Shown: piece by piece, positions 9,300 through 18,909 of the stretch
How positions within the stretch are numbered: the first letter of the stretch is position 1
How the letters are laid out: each line of letters starts with the position of its first letter
DNA from: Collinsella aerofaciens
Lineage (GTDB): Bacteria > Actinomycetota > Coriobacteriia > Coriobacteriales > Coriobacteriaceae
Direction of reading: 5' to 3'
DNA length: 64,000 bases
Assembly (NCBI GenBank): GCA_048478035.1
Contig: DBGBCW010000015.1
Location: 29,962-93,961 of the forward strand
Notes under the pieces: model-generated
Told to the model about the DNA's origin: nothing
What the model saw: the letters and a program-made list of their open reading frames with translations, nothing else
Databases searched by the model: none
Program-made: the position numbers and the translations under genes

Positions 9300-11081
9300 A
9301 TGACGATCACCGAAATCGACGAGAAGTTCATGCGCGAGGCGCTGGCGGAGGCGCGAGCCGCCGCGGCGGTGGGCGAGGTGCCCATCGGAGCCGTAGTGGT
9401 GCGCGACGGTGAGATCGCCGCGAGGGCGCACAATCGGCGCGAACTCGACCAGGACCCTTCGGCTCATGCCGAGTTTGCGGCCGTGTGCGCCGCTGCCCAG
9501 GCGCTCGGTCGCTGGCGCCTTTCCGACTGTACGGTCTATGTGACGTTGGAACCCTGCTGCATGTGCGCAGGCCTTATGGTTAACGCGCGCGTGGGGCGCT
9601 GCGTGTATGGCGCGAGCGACGCCAAGGCGGGCGCGTTGGGATCCCTATACGATTTGAATGCCGACTCGCGCCTGAATCATCGGTTTAACGTGACGGCTGG
9701 GGCCTTGGCGGATGAATGCCGTGAGCTGCTGAGTAGCTATTTTGACGGTCTGCGCGGAGCGGGCGGCGCTGATTGCGGCTGTGGGGCCGATCTTGAAGCA
9801 CACGCCGCTCACGCCGCAGCGCTCGCGGGTGCCGAAGAGGATGCTGGCGCGGCGGTTGATTTTGGCCCCGTGCAGCGCCGGCCCCGCCGTGTGCTGTTGG
9901 CGATCGACTCCTTTAAGGGCAGCGTTTCGAGTGCGCAGGCGGAGGCGGCGGTTGCCGAAGGCGTGCGCCGCGTTTGGCCCGATGCCGAGGTGTGCACATT
10001 GCCGCTGGCGGATGGCGGTGAGGGGACGCTCGATGCCGTTGCCGCGTGCGGCGGTGAGATTGTGACCTGCGAGGTGGCAGGTCCCTTGGGCGACCGCGTG
10101 TCTGCCCGGATGCTGGTTGATGTCGAGCGCGAGTCCTCGGTCATCGAGATGGCCGAGGCGGCCGGCATTGGGTATTCGCCTTGCACGGAGTCGTCGGCGC
10201 TGGCTGCTACAACCTATGGCGTGGGCGAGCTCATGCTTCGCGCGGTTCGCATGGGCGCAAAGACTATCTATATTGGCTTGGGCGGCAGTGCCACCAACGA
10301 CGGTGGCGCCGGCATGCTGCAGGCGCTGGGCGCGCGTGTGGTCGATGATCAGGGCTGCGATGTCGCCCCCGGTCTTGCCGGACTTGAGCGGGCGGCGAGC
10401 GTTGATTTGGCGCCAGCGCTTCGGGCTTTGGATGGCACTCGTATTGTTGTGCTTTCGGATGTCGATAATCCGCTCGTAGGGCGTCGCGGCGCGCTTGCGG
10501 TGTTCGGCGGACAGAAGGGTCTGCCGGCGGGCGACATCGAGACGCTGCGCAGGTGCGACAGCTGGATGGTCGGCTACGGTCGCTTGCTCGACGCCGCGAT
10601 TGCCGGAGCTCGAGCCCAGGGGTTGTTGCGCACACCCGAGGGCGCGCGGACATTTGGCTCGGTGCTCGGCGTGCCCGGCGCGGGCGCTGCCGGTGGCTTG
10701 GGCGCGGCGTTGCTGGCGCTCGGCGCGGAGCTACGCTCGGGTGTGGAGACGGTGCTCGATCTCGTGGGGTTTGACGAGCGTGTACGCGATGTCGACCTGG
10801 TCATAACGGGCGAGGGCAATATGGATGAGCAGTCCGCCGCCGGTAAGGCACCGGTGGGCGTGGCCCGCCGCGCGAAGCGATATGGCAAGCCGGTGGTCGC
10901 CGTCGTGGGCGGTCGTGCCGACAACCTGGATGCGGTGTACGAGCAGGGTATCGACTTGGTGCTTCCGATCTGCCGCAAGCCCATGCCCCTCGACCAGGCG
11001 CTCAACCCTCAGGAAGCCACAACCAACCTCATCTGCGCCGGCGAAGCAGCCGCCCAATCCTACGACCTCGCTCGCCTCTAG
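9300..11081 (+). CDS. tadA: Single ORF fusing tRNA adenosine(34) deaminase TadA (N-terminal) to glycerate kinase (C-terminal)
   Basis: TadA motifs HAE (SAHAEFAAV) and PCxxC (LEPCCMCAG). An Ala/Gly linker follows. Glycerate kinase motifs are LLAIDSFKGS, LADGGEGT and VITGEGNMDEQS. There is no stop codon between the two domains. Confidence 0.8.
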   Translation: MTITEIDEKFMREALAEARAAAAVGEVPIGAVVVRDGEIAARAHNRRELDQDPSAHAEFAAVCAAAQALGRWRLSDCTVYVTLEPCCMCAGLMVNARVGRCVYGASDAKAGALGSLYDLNADSRLNHRFNVTAGALADECRELLSSYFDGLRGAGGADCGCGADLEAHAAHAAALAGAEEDAGAAVDFGPVQRRPRRVLLAIDSFKGSVSSAQAEAAVAEGVRRVWPDAEVCTLPLADGGEGTLDAVAACGGEIVTCEVAGPLGDRVSARMLVDVERESSVIEMAEAAGIGYSPCTESSALAATTYGVGELMLRAVRMGAKTIYIGLGGSATNDGGAGMLQALGARVVDDQGCDVAPGLAGLERAASVDLAPALRALDGTRIVVLSDVDNPLVGRRGALAVFGGQKGLPAGDIETLRRCDSWMVGYGRLLDAAIAGARAQGLLRTPEGARTFGSVLGVPGAGAAGGLGAALLALGAELRSGVETVLDLVGFDERVRDVDLVITGEGNMDEQSAAGKAPVGVARRAKRYGKPVVAVVGGRADNLDAVYEQGIDLVLPICRKPMPLDQALNPQEATTNLICAGEAAAQSYDLARL

Positions 11082-11317
11082 AACTTATTTCCCCGGGAGT
11101 CCGGTTTGGCCGAGTAGTCAAAATAGCCCCACCCCAAATTAGCTACTTTGTGGGTTGTGGGGGATAAAGATTGCCGGTCGAGTTGTCCTACTGGGGTATG
11201 TCGATGGCGCGAGTGGTTCGATTTTGAGCCTGAGTGGCAACCCGAGGCGAAATTTCAGGTCACCCAAATTGCTACAATTTTAAGCATATAGCGATGTCCT
11301 GCCTTGCGCTTCTGCGC

Positions 11318-11326
11318 GGGGGGGGG
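11318..11326. repeat. Homopolymeric G9 tract upstream of the adhesin promoter region
   Basis: gcgc-ggggggggg-cgtatatttgcatt. Lies 13 nt or more upstream of promoter-like hexamers TTGATG(11339)-16-TATAAT(11361). Confidence 0.9.
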
Positions 11327-11407
11327 CGTATATTTGCATTGATGGGGACGACGACACATATATAATGAGCCGCTGCTTGCCGTCCTCATGGATTGGGGAG
11401 GGCCTTC

Positions 11408-11956
11408 ATGAATCGCGTGTGTGCGAGAGCTCGAGAAAAGCTGAAGCCTTTTGGCGAAAAAACCAATACAGTCAAGCGCGCTCTAAGGATTTTGACCGTC
11501 CCGCTGGCGGCATGTGCGCTCATGTTTGGTGCGACAAGCGCATCGGCCGACCAGACAGTTCTCTTTAGCAACCATACCGTGAAGACGGTGAATCCTATTG
11601 GCACCACGGTCAATCTGTTCGACTACTGGGTCGTGGATGGCGATAACGACAGCTCGAGGAACATAAACAACAAGAATGGCAATAACAACACCGGCATCAA
11701 CAAAGGTCACCAGCTCAAGTTCAATGGTGGTGCCGGCACGGGCATTAACAAGTGGACGGGCAGAAGCGATACCAAGGGTTTTGGACGTCTTTCATTTGTG
11801 AAGAACACGCTGGTAAATGGTTATCCGGAGATTGATGGCACCTACGCCTCCAATAACACGCACGGTACGTACGAAGACGAGTCGCTCGATTATCTCTTTA
11901 ACAATGACAAACAGGACGGCAAGGCCGTTTACAACAACGTGCAAGGCCTTTTCTAG
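11408..11956 (+). CDS. N-terminal fragment (signal peptide plus Asn/Gly-rich region) of the giant adhesin. Ends at an in-frame TAG.
   Basis: GGGGAGG RBS before ATG 11408. Signal peptide is ...ILTVPLAACALMFGATSASA-DQ. Same reading frame as 11957-18826. Confidence 0.65.
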   Translation: MNRVCARAREKLKPFGEKTNTVKRALRILTVPLAACALMFGATSASADQTVLFSNHTVKTVNPIGTTVNLFDYWVVDGDNDSSRNINNKNGNNNTGINKGHQLKFNGGAGTGINKWTGRSDTKGFGRLSFVKNTLVNGYPEIDGTYASNNTHGTYEDESLDYLFNNDKQDGKAVYNNVQGLF

Positions 11957-12031
11957 CTCAAAGGCGGCTATTACGTTTATGACTCGTATGGCAAGAGCGA
12001 TGACTCGTCTGGCAAGAGCGGCAACTATGCT

Positions 12032-15000
12032 GTGTATAACCCAACGACGAATTCCTTTAACGTCTACAATTCTGCGGGCGTATATAAGAGCAAGGTATTA
12101 GATACAAATTTGGGTCAGTTCTTTCCCTTTGACTCGGCTGGCAAGGTTTTTAAAGAGGAGAACGGTCAGCTCTCTCCTATAGGAATAACGGACGATGAGA
12201 ACGATAAGCTCAACCACCACTTTGGCATGTCCATGACCACGGAGTTTGTCCAGCCTAACGGTGGCAAGACCACCAAAAACGAGGATATGATCTTTGAGTT
12301 CTCGGGCGACGACGACGTTTGGGTGTACATCGATGGCGTACTCGTGGGCGATCTGGGTGGCATCCACGAGAAGGCGACGCTCAAGATCAACTTCGCCACC
12401 GGTGGCGTGCATGTCGGGCATGTTGACAATGCAAATGATCCCGAAAAGACAATTCAAGACACCACCATTAGGGCGATGTTCGAAGCCGCCGGCGCAGATG
12501 CCACCAACTTCTCCGGCAACACCTTCCTCGGCAGCACCAAGCACACGCTGAGCTTCTTCTATCTGGAGCGTGGCGCGGGTGCATCGAACATGTCGCTCAA
12601 GTTTAACCTCACCACCCTGCCGTCGTCCGAGGTCGCGAAGGTCGACCAAAACGGCGAGGCAGTCAATGACGCAACCTTCGGGCTGTACCGGTCCGGTGGA
12701 CCAGATTGCGACTGGAATACGGGTGAGCTCGTCGCTCGGGGCACGACGGAAAACGGGGGCCAGCTGATACTTCGAAAGTTAAAGCCGGGCGACTCCGAGC
12801 CGAGCGACTCCGTCCTCTCGTTTGACGAAGAGCACAACAAAAATCATTGCGACTACTTTGTACTCAAAGAAGAAAACCTGCCCGCGGGATATCGCTCGAG
12901 CCTGACCTCATCAACCACCGCAACTCCAGGCGAGTTGCATTTGCAGTACAAGCCAGCCGCGGCAACCGGCTCGGGTGGCGTGGTAGTTGCGCCGCAGACA
13001 ACGGTTGAAACAGCCGACGGCGAACAATGGAAGGGTAGCCGCATGTGGCTGAACGGCGGCTATCTGGCCGCTAAGGAGACCATTTCCCTACATAAAGATA
13101 CGCAAGACAATAAAGGCCACGTTATTAGTTCGGGTACGACCTTCGCCGTTGTGCTCAAGCGCACCGATGAAAACAAGAGCGACACGGACGAAAATGCGTG
13201 GACGGCGGTCACAGGCAACCCGCTCAAAGGCTATAAGCTGTGCTCCAAACACGGCATTGAGGGCGCGGTCGAGGCTGCCAGATCGGCAGATACGAGCGTC
13301 TTCGGCGTCAACACCAATGACGACTATGAGGTAACGGTCGGGTCGCTGCCCGGAGATATCGAGAAGTACGCCGCCATGATGACGGACATGTCAAAGGCGG
13401 AATATACCGTGGCGGTGTATCACACCACGGCATCGTCTCTGGCGGGGGCAACCAAAGACAACACCTCCATGGTCCAATATCGAGCGACAAACAGGCAGTT
13501 CTCTACGGTGATCCACCTCACCAACGTTCAGAACCGTCTGTTTGTGCAGAAGGTTGACGACCTGGGCAAGCCCGTGAACGGCGCGACGTTTGAGCTGTAC
13601 AAGGCCGAGGACGTTACCGGCGATAGCCCCAGCACGTATGCCATTGAAGTCGGCGCCACGCCGTATGACACCGTGCAGGCAAACGGCATGACCTATCCGT
13701 ATGACATTGAGGGTGCTGCATGCTTCCCACTCGATTCGAAAAATCACAAACCCCTTATCAAGGGTACGTACTACCTGCGTGAGTCAGAAAGCCCGGATGG
13801 CTATGAGATCAACAACACTATCACCAAGGTGATCGTGGACGATTCGGGTGTGTATGTGGATGCCGGCGAGATGAGCGACGGTGTGCGCAGCATGAGCGGC
13901 CCGGGTTCGCTGATTGCTTCCCTAGCGCAGTTTGGCTCTCCCGATTCCATCGACAACACGCTTACGCACATCAAGGGCAAGCTGCAGAGTGCAGTCGTTG
14001 ACGCCAACGGAAACCTGACATGGGGCCCGACAAGTCCTGCGGACAACTGGATGCATATGCGCTATGACAAGACGACGCAGGGCACCAAGACCGTCTTGTG
14101 CTATGTCGAGAACGGTGGCGAGCGCGACGGCAAACTGGCGACCATCTTTGCCGATACGGGCATCAACCGCATGGCTCTTTATCAAGACGATGATGCCACC
14201 AATGGTACCGATCTGGGCACACTCCAGCTCAACCATCTCTTTACCACGGCAACGGCCGTGCAGTATACCGATGCGGCCAAGGTCTCGGTGCCCGTCGAGA
14301 AGAAGTGGGTCGGCCCGGCGGCCGCCAAGGCCACCGTGCGCCTGCTCGCCGACGGAAAGGACACCGGCAAGTCGATCGAGCTCAACGAGTCCAATAACTG
14401 GAAGGGCTCCTTCAAGGACCTGGCCAAGTACTCGAAGTCCGGCTCCGAGGTCGCCTACACCGTGGCCGAGGACGCCGTCGAGGGCTACAGCTCGAAGGTC
14501 ACCGGCGACGCCGGGCGCGGCTTCACCGTGACCAACACCGTGAAGACGGGCGAGCTCGACGTCTCCAGGACCGTCGTGGCGCGCGAGGGCCTGGCGGTCG
14601 ACGCGGACAAGATATTTAAGTTTGTGGTTGAGGCCACCGATGCCATGGGCCGCAAAGTATCCGGCACCTACGGTGACGCGACGTTCGAGGACGGCGGGGC
14701 GACCCTCAAGCTCAAAGATGGCCAGACGGCGAGGATCACGGGGCTGCCCGCGGGAACTGCCTACACGGTGACCGAACGTGCCGCCGATGGCTACAAAGCT
14801 GCGGTGAACGGAGCCGAGGGATCCAGGGCTGATGGTTCCATCTCGGCCGACCAGGTCGCCGCCGCCGCTTTCACCAACACCTTCGACCCTGCTCCCGCCA
14901 CGGCGTCCGTCCCCGAGCTCACCAAGGTGCTCGCAGGCGGCCGCAAGCCCGGCCTCCAGGAGGGGGAATTCACCTTTGTGCTCTCCCTCACCGACGGTGC

Positions 15001-18000
15001 GGGCAATGTGCTCGAAGGCTACCCAATCGAGGCGAAGAATAACAAGGACGGCAAGGTTTCCTTTGGCGAGCTCAGCTTCACCAATCTGGGTACCTACCAC
15101 GCGACCGTGACCGAGAAAGCAAACGGCGATGTCCTGATTGAGGACGATGCGCATGCCTACACCTTCGACATCACAGTGACTCAGACTGGTGCCGGTCTTA
15201 AGGCCGAGATCTCCAACGAGCGGGGCAAGAAGACTTTCACCAACACCTTCACGCCGCACGACAACACCAAGACCGTCACCAAGGCGGACGCCTCGGGCGC
15301 CAGGGTCGATGTGGACGGCAAGCCGGTGGGCGTGGGCGATACTCTCACCTATACCATCGGCTGGGCCAATAACAGCGTCGACGACAGGGGCGCCGCGCAG
15401 GCGGCCGACGTGACGGTGACCGATGTCCTGCCCAAGGGCGTTGACTACGTCGAGGGCTCTGCCGACGGCGCCGCCTACGACGCCGCGACGCGCACTCTTA
15501 CCTGGTCGCTCGGCGAGCAGACTGCGGGCGCCGCGGGCACGCTCAGCTTCGACGTGAAGGTCTCCGCCGAAGCCGCCGTGGTCGACGACATCGCCAACAC
15601 CGCCACGGTCGAGGTGGGCGAGAACGAGTCGCAGACCAACACGACCCACAACAGCGTGCCCCGCGAGGGCAGCCTCACCGTCAAGAAGACGGTCGTCGGC
15701 GGCGACAGCCAGCGCGAGTTCGGCTTTGCGGTCACGCTGACCGATGGGGACGGCGAGCCCGTCTCCGGCACCTTCGGCAAGGGCGAGAACGCCGTGACGT
15801 TCGCGGACGGCAAGGCGACCTTCACGCTCAAGGACGGCGGGGAGAAGGTCATCGCCGGCCTGCCCGTGGGCGTGCACTACACCGTGACCGAGGACGCCGC
15901 CGAGGGCTACACGACCGCGGTCAACGGGGCTGATGGCTCCAAGGCCGAAGGCGCCGTGACTGAGGACGGCGCGACCGTCGCGTTCACCAACACGTACGGA
16001 ACGGCCGCCGAGGGCAGGGACGTCTCCACCGCGGGGCTCTTCACCAAGACGCTCGAGGGCCGCGACTGGGCCGAGGGCGACAGCTTCCAGTTCGCGCTCG
16101 CGGGCGAGGGCGGCGCCCCCATGCCCGAGGGGTCTGCCGACGGCTCCAAGACCGTTAGCGTGACGGCCGCCGCCGGCACCAAGGCGGGCGATAGGGTCGC
16201 CTTCGACTTTGGCTCCATTCGCTACACGCTCGATGACATCAAGGACGCCGGGTTCGCCGAGGTCGGCGGCAAGCGCGTGCGCGCCAAGACCTTCACCTAC
16301 GAGGTGCGCGAGGTCAGGCCCGATGACGGTTCTGCCATCGCCGGTGTGGACTACGACGGCCACGCCGCCACGATGACGGTGACCGTGACCGACGACGGCT
16401 CCGGCAACCTCACGGCCACGACGCCCGCGATCGCGCAGGTGAGCGGCGGCGACTTCGTCAACACCTACACGACCGAGCTCGACTACTCGGCCCGCGCGGG
16501 CGTGCGCCTGTCCAAGACGCTCTCCGGCCGCGCCATGGAGGCGGGGCAGTTCGCCTTCACCGTGACCGCGGACGCCGAGACGGCCGCCAAGCTCGGCCTC
16601 AAGACCGGCAAGGACGCCTACGCCGTGGCCGCTGCCGATGACGGAGAGGCCGACCTGGGCGACCTCGTCGGCGGTGCCGCGGAGAGCGACGTGAAGTTTA
16701 CCGACGCCGATGCGGGCAAGATCTACAGCTTCACCGTCACCGAGACCAAACTCGGCGGCGAGGGCTACACCAACGACACCACGCCGCGCACGGTGACCAT
16801 CGCGCCCGGCTACGACGCCGCGACGGGCAGGCTCACGGTCACGACCACGGTTGCCAAGGACGGCGCCGAGGTCGCCCGCAGCGAGGTCTCCACGGCCGAT
16901 GACGCCATGGCGACGCCCGCGCCCGTGACGGTCGCGTTCCAGAACTCCTACGAGGCCACCGGAACGCTCGGCGGCGAGGGCAACGTGGCCATCAACGCCA
17001 CCAAGACGCTGACGGGCCGCGCCGCGGCGGCGGGCGAGTTCTCGTTCTCCGTCCGCGATGCCCGGGGCAATGTGGTCGCGACCGCGACCAACCAGGCCTC
17101 CGGCGACGGCGAGGCCGCGGGGCTCGCGTTCTCGCCCATCGCCTACACCATCGACGCTCTCGAGCGGATGGTGGCGGACGGCACCGCCACCAGGGCCGCC
17201 GACGGCTCATGGGTCATTCCCTATACCGTATCCGAGGACGGCACGGACCGGCTGCCCGCGGGCGTGACGGCGACCGCCTCGAGCTTCGACATCACGGTCA
17301 AGGTGGCAGATGACGCCAAGGGCGGGCTGGACGTTAGCGTGGTCTACCCCGAGGGCTCCGGCGGCACGCTGCCGTTCGTGAACGGCTATAGCGCCGGCGA
17401 GGCGACGGTCAATCTTGCGGGCACCAAGACGCTGGCGCTCGGCCAGGCCGGACTCGGCCTCACGCAGGCCGACATCGCGGGCAAGTACACCTTTAAGATT
17501 GAGCCGCTGGACGGCGCGCCCGCGCCGGTCGACGCCTTGGGCAAGACGGTGACCGAGGCGACCAACGACGCCGCCGGCAACGTCGAGCTGGGCCATGTCA
17601 CGTTCAGGCAGCCGAGCGACCTCGATGACGTCGAGATCGACCGCGACGGCCTGCGCACCAAGACGTTCGCCTACCGGGTGAGTGAGTCCGGCTCGGTCGA
17701 CGGGGTGGTCAACGACGCGACGGCGACCAAGACCTTCACGGTCAGCGTCGTCGAGGACACCAACGCGGGCACGCTTGTCGCGAAAGTCCTGCCCGCAGAG
17801 GGCACGCCCGAGGGCAAGGGTGCGTTCGAGTTCACCAACACCTACGGCGTGAACCCGACGCCGAGCTCCGTCACCGACCAGATCACGGTGAACAAGAAGC
17901 TCAAGGGCCGTGACTTGGTCGAGGGCGAGTTCGAGTTCCAGCTGGTCGAGATTGCCGCCGACGGCAGTGAGAGCGTCGCGGCAACGGGCGGGAACGCCGC

Positions 18001-18826
18001 CGACGGCACGGTCGCTCTCAGCCCCGTCACCTACACCGCGCCCGGCACGCACGGCTATGAGCTGCGCGAGGTCACCGGCACGGCGGGCGGCGTGACGTAC
18101 GACAGGGCGACGTACCGCGTGCGCACGACGGTCACCGATGCCGGAAACGGCATGCTCACCGTCAGGCACGAGCTGGCGGATGCCGAGGGCAATCCCACGG
18201 GCGGCGACTCGGTGACGTTCACCAACGGCTACGAGGCCGCGCCCGTCACCCTCAAGCTGGGCGCCGCCAAGGTGCTCAAGGGCGCCGAGCTCAAGGCGGG
18301 CCAGTTCAGCTTTGAGCTCAAGAGCCGGGACGGCAAGGTCATGTCGACCGCCAGGAACGCCGCGGACGGCGGCGTCACGTTCGATGCGCTGACGTTCAAG
18401 CAGGCCGGCACCTACACCTTCACGGTGAGCGAGGTCGACGACGGCCAGGCGCACGTGACCTACGACAAGGCGGTGCGCAAGATCGTCGTCACGGTGAGCG
18501 ACGAGGCGGCAGACGGCACCAGGACGGGCTACCTGTCGGCGAGGGTCTCCTACGAGGGCGACGCCAACCTGCCGCCGGTCTTCACCAACAGCTACGCCGA
18601 GAATCCCGGGACCCCCGGCACCCCCGAGAACCCCGGCACGCCGGGCGGCGGCTCAGGCGGCGGTTCAGATAACGGCTCCGGCAGCGGCTCCGGCGGCGAC
18701 GGCTCCAAGGGCGGCATGCCCGACACCGGCGACCGCAGCCTGCCGGTCGAGGCGCTCGCGGCCATGGCCGGCATCGGCGCGCTGGCCGTCGCGGGCGGCG
18801 CGGCCCTGTACCGTAGGCGCCGCTAG
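12032..18826 (+). CDS. Giant cell-wall-anchored adhesin: fibro-slime/PA14-like domain, Cna-B/SpaA-type and pilin-isopeptide-like repeats, LPxTG-variant anchor. The frame is open from 11957.
   Basis: FEFSGDDDVWVYIDGVLVGDLGGIH (fibro-slime/PA14-like). VEKKWVGP...YTVAEDAVEGY (Cna-B). Many GEFxF...TFTNTY repeats. Gly/Ser/Pro spacer, then MPDTG, a hydrophobic helix and an RRRR tail. Confidence 0.85.
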   Translation: MYNPTTNSFNVYNSAGVYKSKVLDTNLGQFFPFDSAGKVFKEENGQLSPIGITDDENDKLNHHFGMSMTTEFVQPNGGKTTKNEDMIFEFSGDDDVWVYIDGVLVGDLGGIHEKATLKINFATGGVHVGHVDNANDPEKTIQDTTIRAMFEAAGADATNFSGNTFLGSTKHTLSFFYLERGAGASNMSLKFNLTTLPSSEVAKVDQNGEAVNDATFGLYRSGGPDCDWNTGELVARGTTENGGQLILRKLKPGDSEPSDSVLSFDEEHNKNHCDYFVLKEENLPAGYRSSLTSSTTATPGELHLQYKPAAATGSGGVVVAPQTTVETADGEQWKGSRMWLNGGYLAAKETISLHKDTQDNKGHVISSGTTFAVVLKRTDENKSDTDENAWTAVTGNPLKGYKLCSKHGIEGAVEAARSADTSVFGVNTNDDYEVTVGSLPGDIEKYAAMMTDMSKAEYTVAVYHTTASSLAGATKDNTSMVQYRATNRQFSTVIHLTNVQNRLFVQKVDDLGKPVNGATFELYKAEDVTGDSPSTYAIEVGATPYDTVQANGMTYPYDIEGAACFPLDSKNHKPLIKGTYYLRESESPDGYEINNTITKVIVDDSGVYVDAGEMSDGVRSMSGPGSLIASLAQFGSPDSIDNTLTHIKGKLQSAVVDANGNLTWGPTSPADNWMHMRYDKTTQGTKTVLCYVENGGERDGKLATIFADTGINRMALYQDDDATNGTDLGTLQLNHLFTTATAVQYTDAAKVSVPVEKKWVGPAAAKATVRLLADGKDTGKSIELNESNNWKGSFKDLAKYSKSGSEVAYTVAEDAVEGYSSKVTGDAGRGFTVTNTVKTGELDVSRTVVAREGLAVDADKIFKFVVEATDAMGRKVSGTYGDATFEDGGATLKLKDGQTARITGLPAGTAYTVTERAADGYKAAVNGAEGSRADGSISADQVAAAAFTNTFDPAPATASVPELTKVLAGGRKPGLQEGEFTFVLSLTDGAGNVLEGYPIEAKNNKDGKVSFGELSFTNLGTYHATVTEKANGDVLIEDDAHAYTFDITVTQTGAGLKAEISNERGKKTFTNTFTPHDNTKTVTKADASGARVDVDGKPVGVGDTLTYTIGWANNSVDDRGAAQAADVTVTDVLPKGVDYVEGSADGAAYDAATRTLTWSLGEQTAGAAGTLSFDVKVSAEAAVVDDIANTATVEVGENESQTNTTHNSVPREGSLTVKKTVVGGDSQREFGFAVTLTDGDGEPVSGTFGKGENAVTFADGKATFTLKDGGEKVIAGLPVGVHYTVTEDAAEGYTTAVNGADGSKAEGAVTEDGATVAFTNTYGTAAEGRDVSTAGLFTKTLEGRDWAEGDSFQFALAGEGGAPMPEGSADGSKTVSVTAAAGTKAGDRVAFDFGSIRYTLDDIKDAGFAEVGGKRVRAKTFTYEVREVRPDDGSAIAGVDYDGHAATMTVTVTDDGSGNLTATTPAIAQVSGGDFVNTYTTELDYSARAGVRLSKTLSGRAMEAGQFAFTVTADAETAAKLGLKTGKDAYAVAAADDGEADLGDLVGGAAESDVKFTDADAGKIYSFTVTETKLGGEGYTNDTTPRTVTIAPGYDAATGRLTVTTTVAKDGAEVARSEVSTADDAMATPAPVTVAFQNSYEATGTLGGEGNVAINATKTLTGRAAAAGEFSFSVRDARGNVVATATNQASGDGEAAGLAFSPIAYTIDALERMVADGTATRAADGSWVIPYTVSEDGTDRLPAGVTATASSFDITVKVADDAKGGLDVSVVYPEGSGGTLPFVNGYSAGEATVNLAGTKTLALGQAGLGLTQADIAGKYTFKIEPLDGAPAPVDALGKTVTEATNDAAGNVELGHVTFRQPSDLDDVEIDRDGLRTKTFAYRVSESGSVDGVVNDATATKTFTVSVVEDTNAGTLVAKVLPAEGTPEGKGAFEFTNTYGVNPTPSSVTDQITVNKKLKGRDLVEGEFEFQLVEIAADGSESVAATGGNAADGTVALSPVTYTAPGTHGYELREVTGTAGGVTYDRATYRVRTTVTDAGNGMLTVRHELADAEGNPTGGDSVTFTNGYEAAPVTLKLGAAKVLKGAELKAGQFSFELKSRDGKVMSTARNAADGGVTFDALTFKQAGTYTFTVSEVDDGQAHVTYDKAVRKIVVTVSDEAADGTRTGYLSARVSYEGDANLPPVFTNSYAENPGTPGTPENPGTPGGGSGGGSDNGSGSGSGGDGSKGGMPDTGDRSLPVEALAAMAGIGALAVAGGAALYRRRR

Positions 18827-18837
18827 CGATATGGACG

Positions 18838-18872
18838 AGTGGGGCGAATCCATCCGATGGGTTCGCCCCACT
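18838..18872 (+). terminator. Hairpin downstream of the adhesin gene
   Basis: agtggggcgaa / ttcgccccact, 11-bp stem with a 13-nt loop. No clear U tract. Confidence 0.4.
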
Positions 18873-18909
18873 TGCCGTGGCGGGCGGGAGCAGGTAAGAT
18901 ATACCGAGC

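Noticed and set aside
11954-11956. Programmed UAG recoding (pyrrolysine or readthrough) in the adhesin gene
   Set aside because: There are no pyl genes or any recoding signal visible in the window. A single TAG one mutation away from several sense codons is explained more simply by a nonsense mutation or a sequencing error. It is kept only as a remote possibility in the finding.
13922-16363. Long antisense or out-of-frame ORFs: 13922-16363(-), 17207-18454(-), 22090-24432(-), 31587-33395(+), 34438-36225(-), 36508-38556(-), 39672-40874(+), 50601-53249(+), 56908-58863(+) and 6098-7219(-)
   Set aside because: All lie opposite or out of frame to genes with strong family motifs. Their translations are Ala/Arg/Gly/His-rich low-complexity strings with no recognisable domains, which is the usual stop-codon-poor artefact of high-GC DNA.
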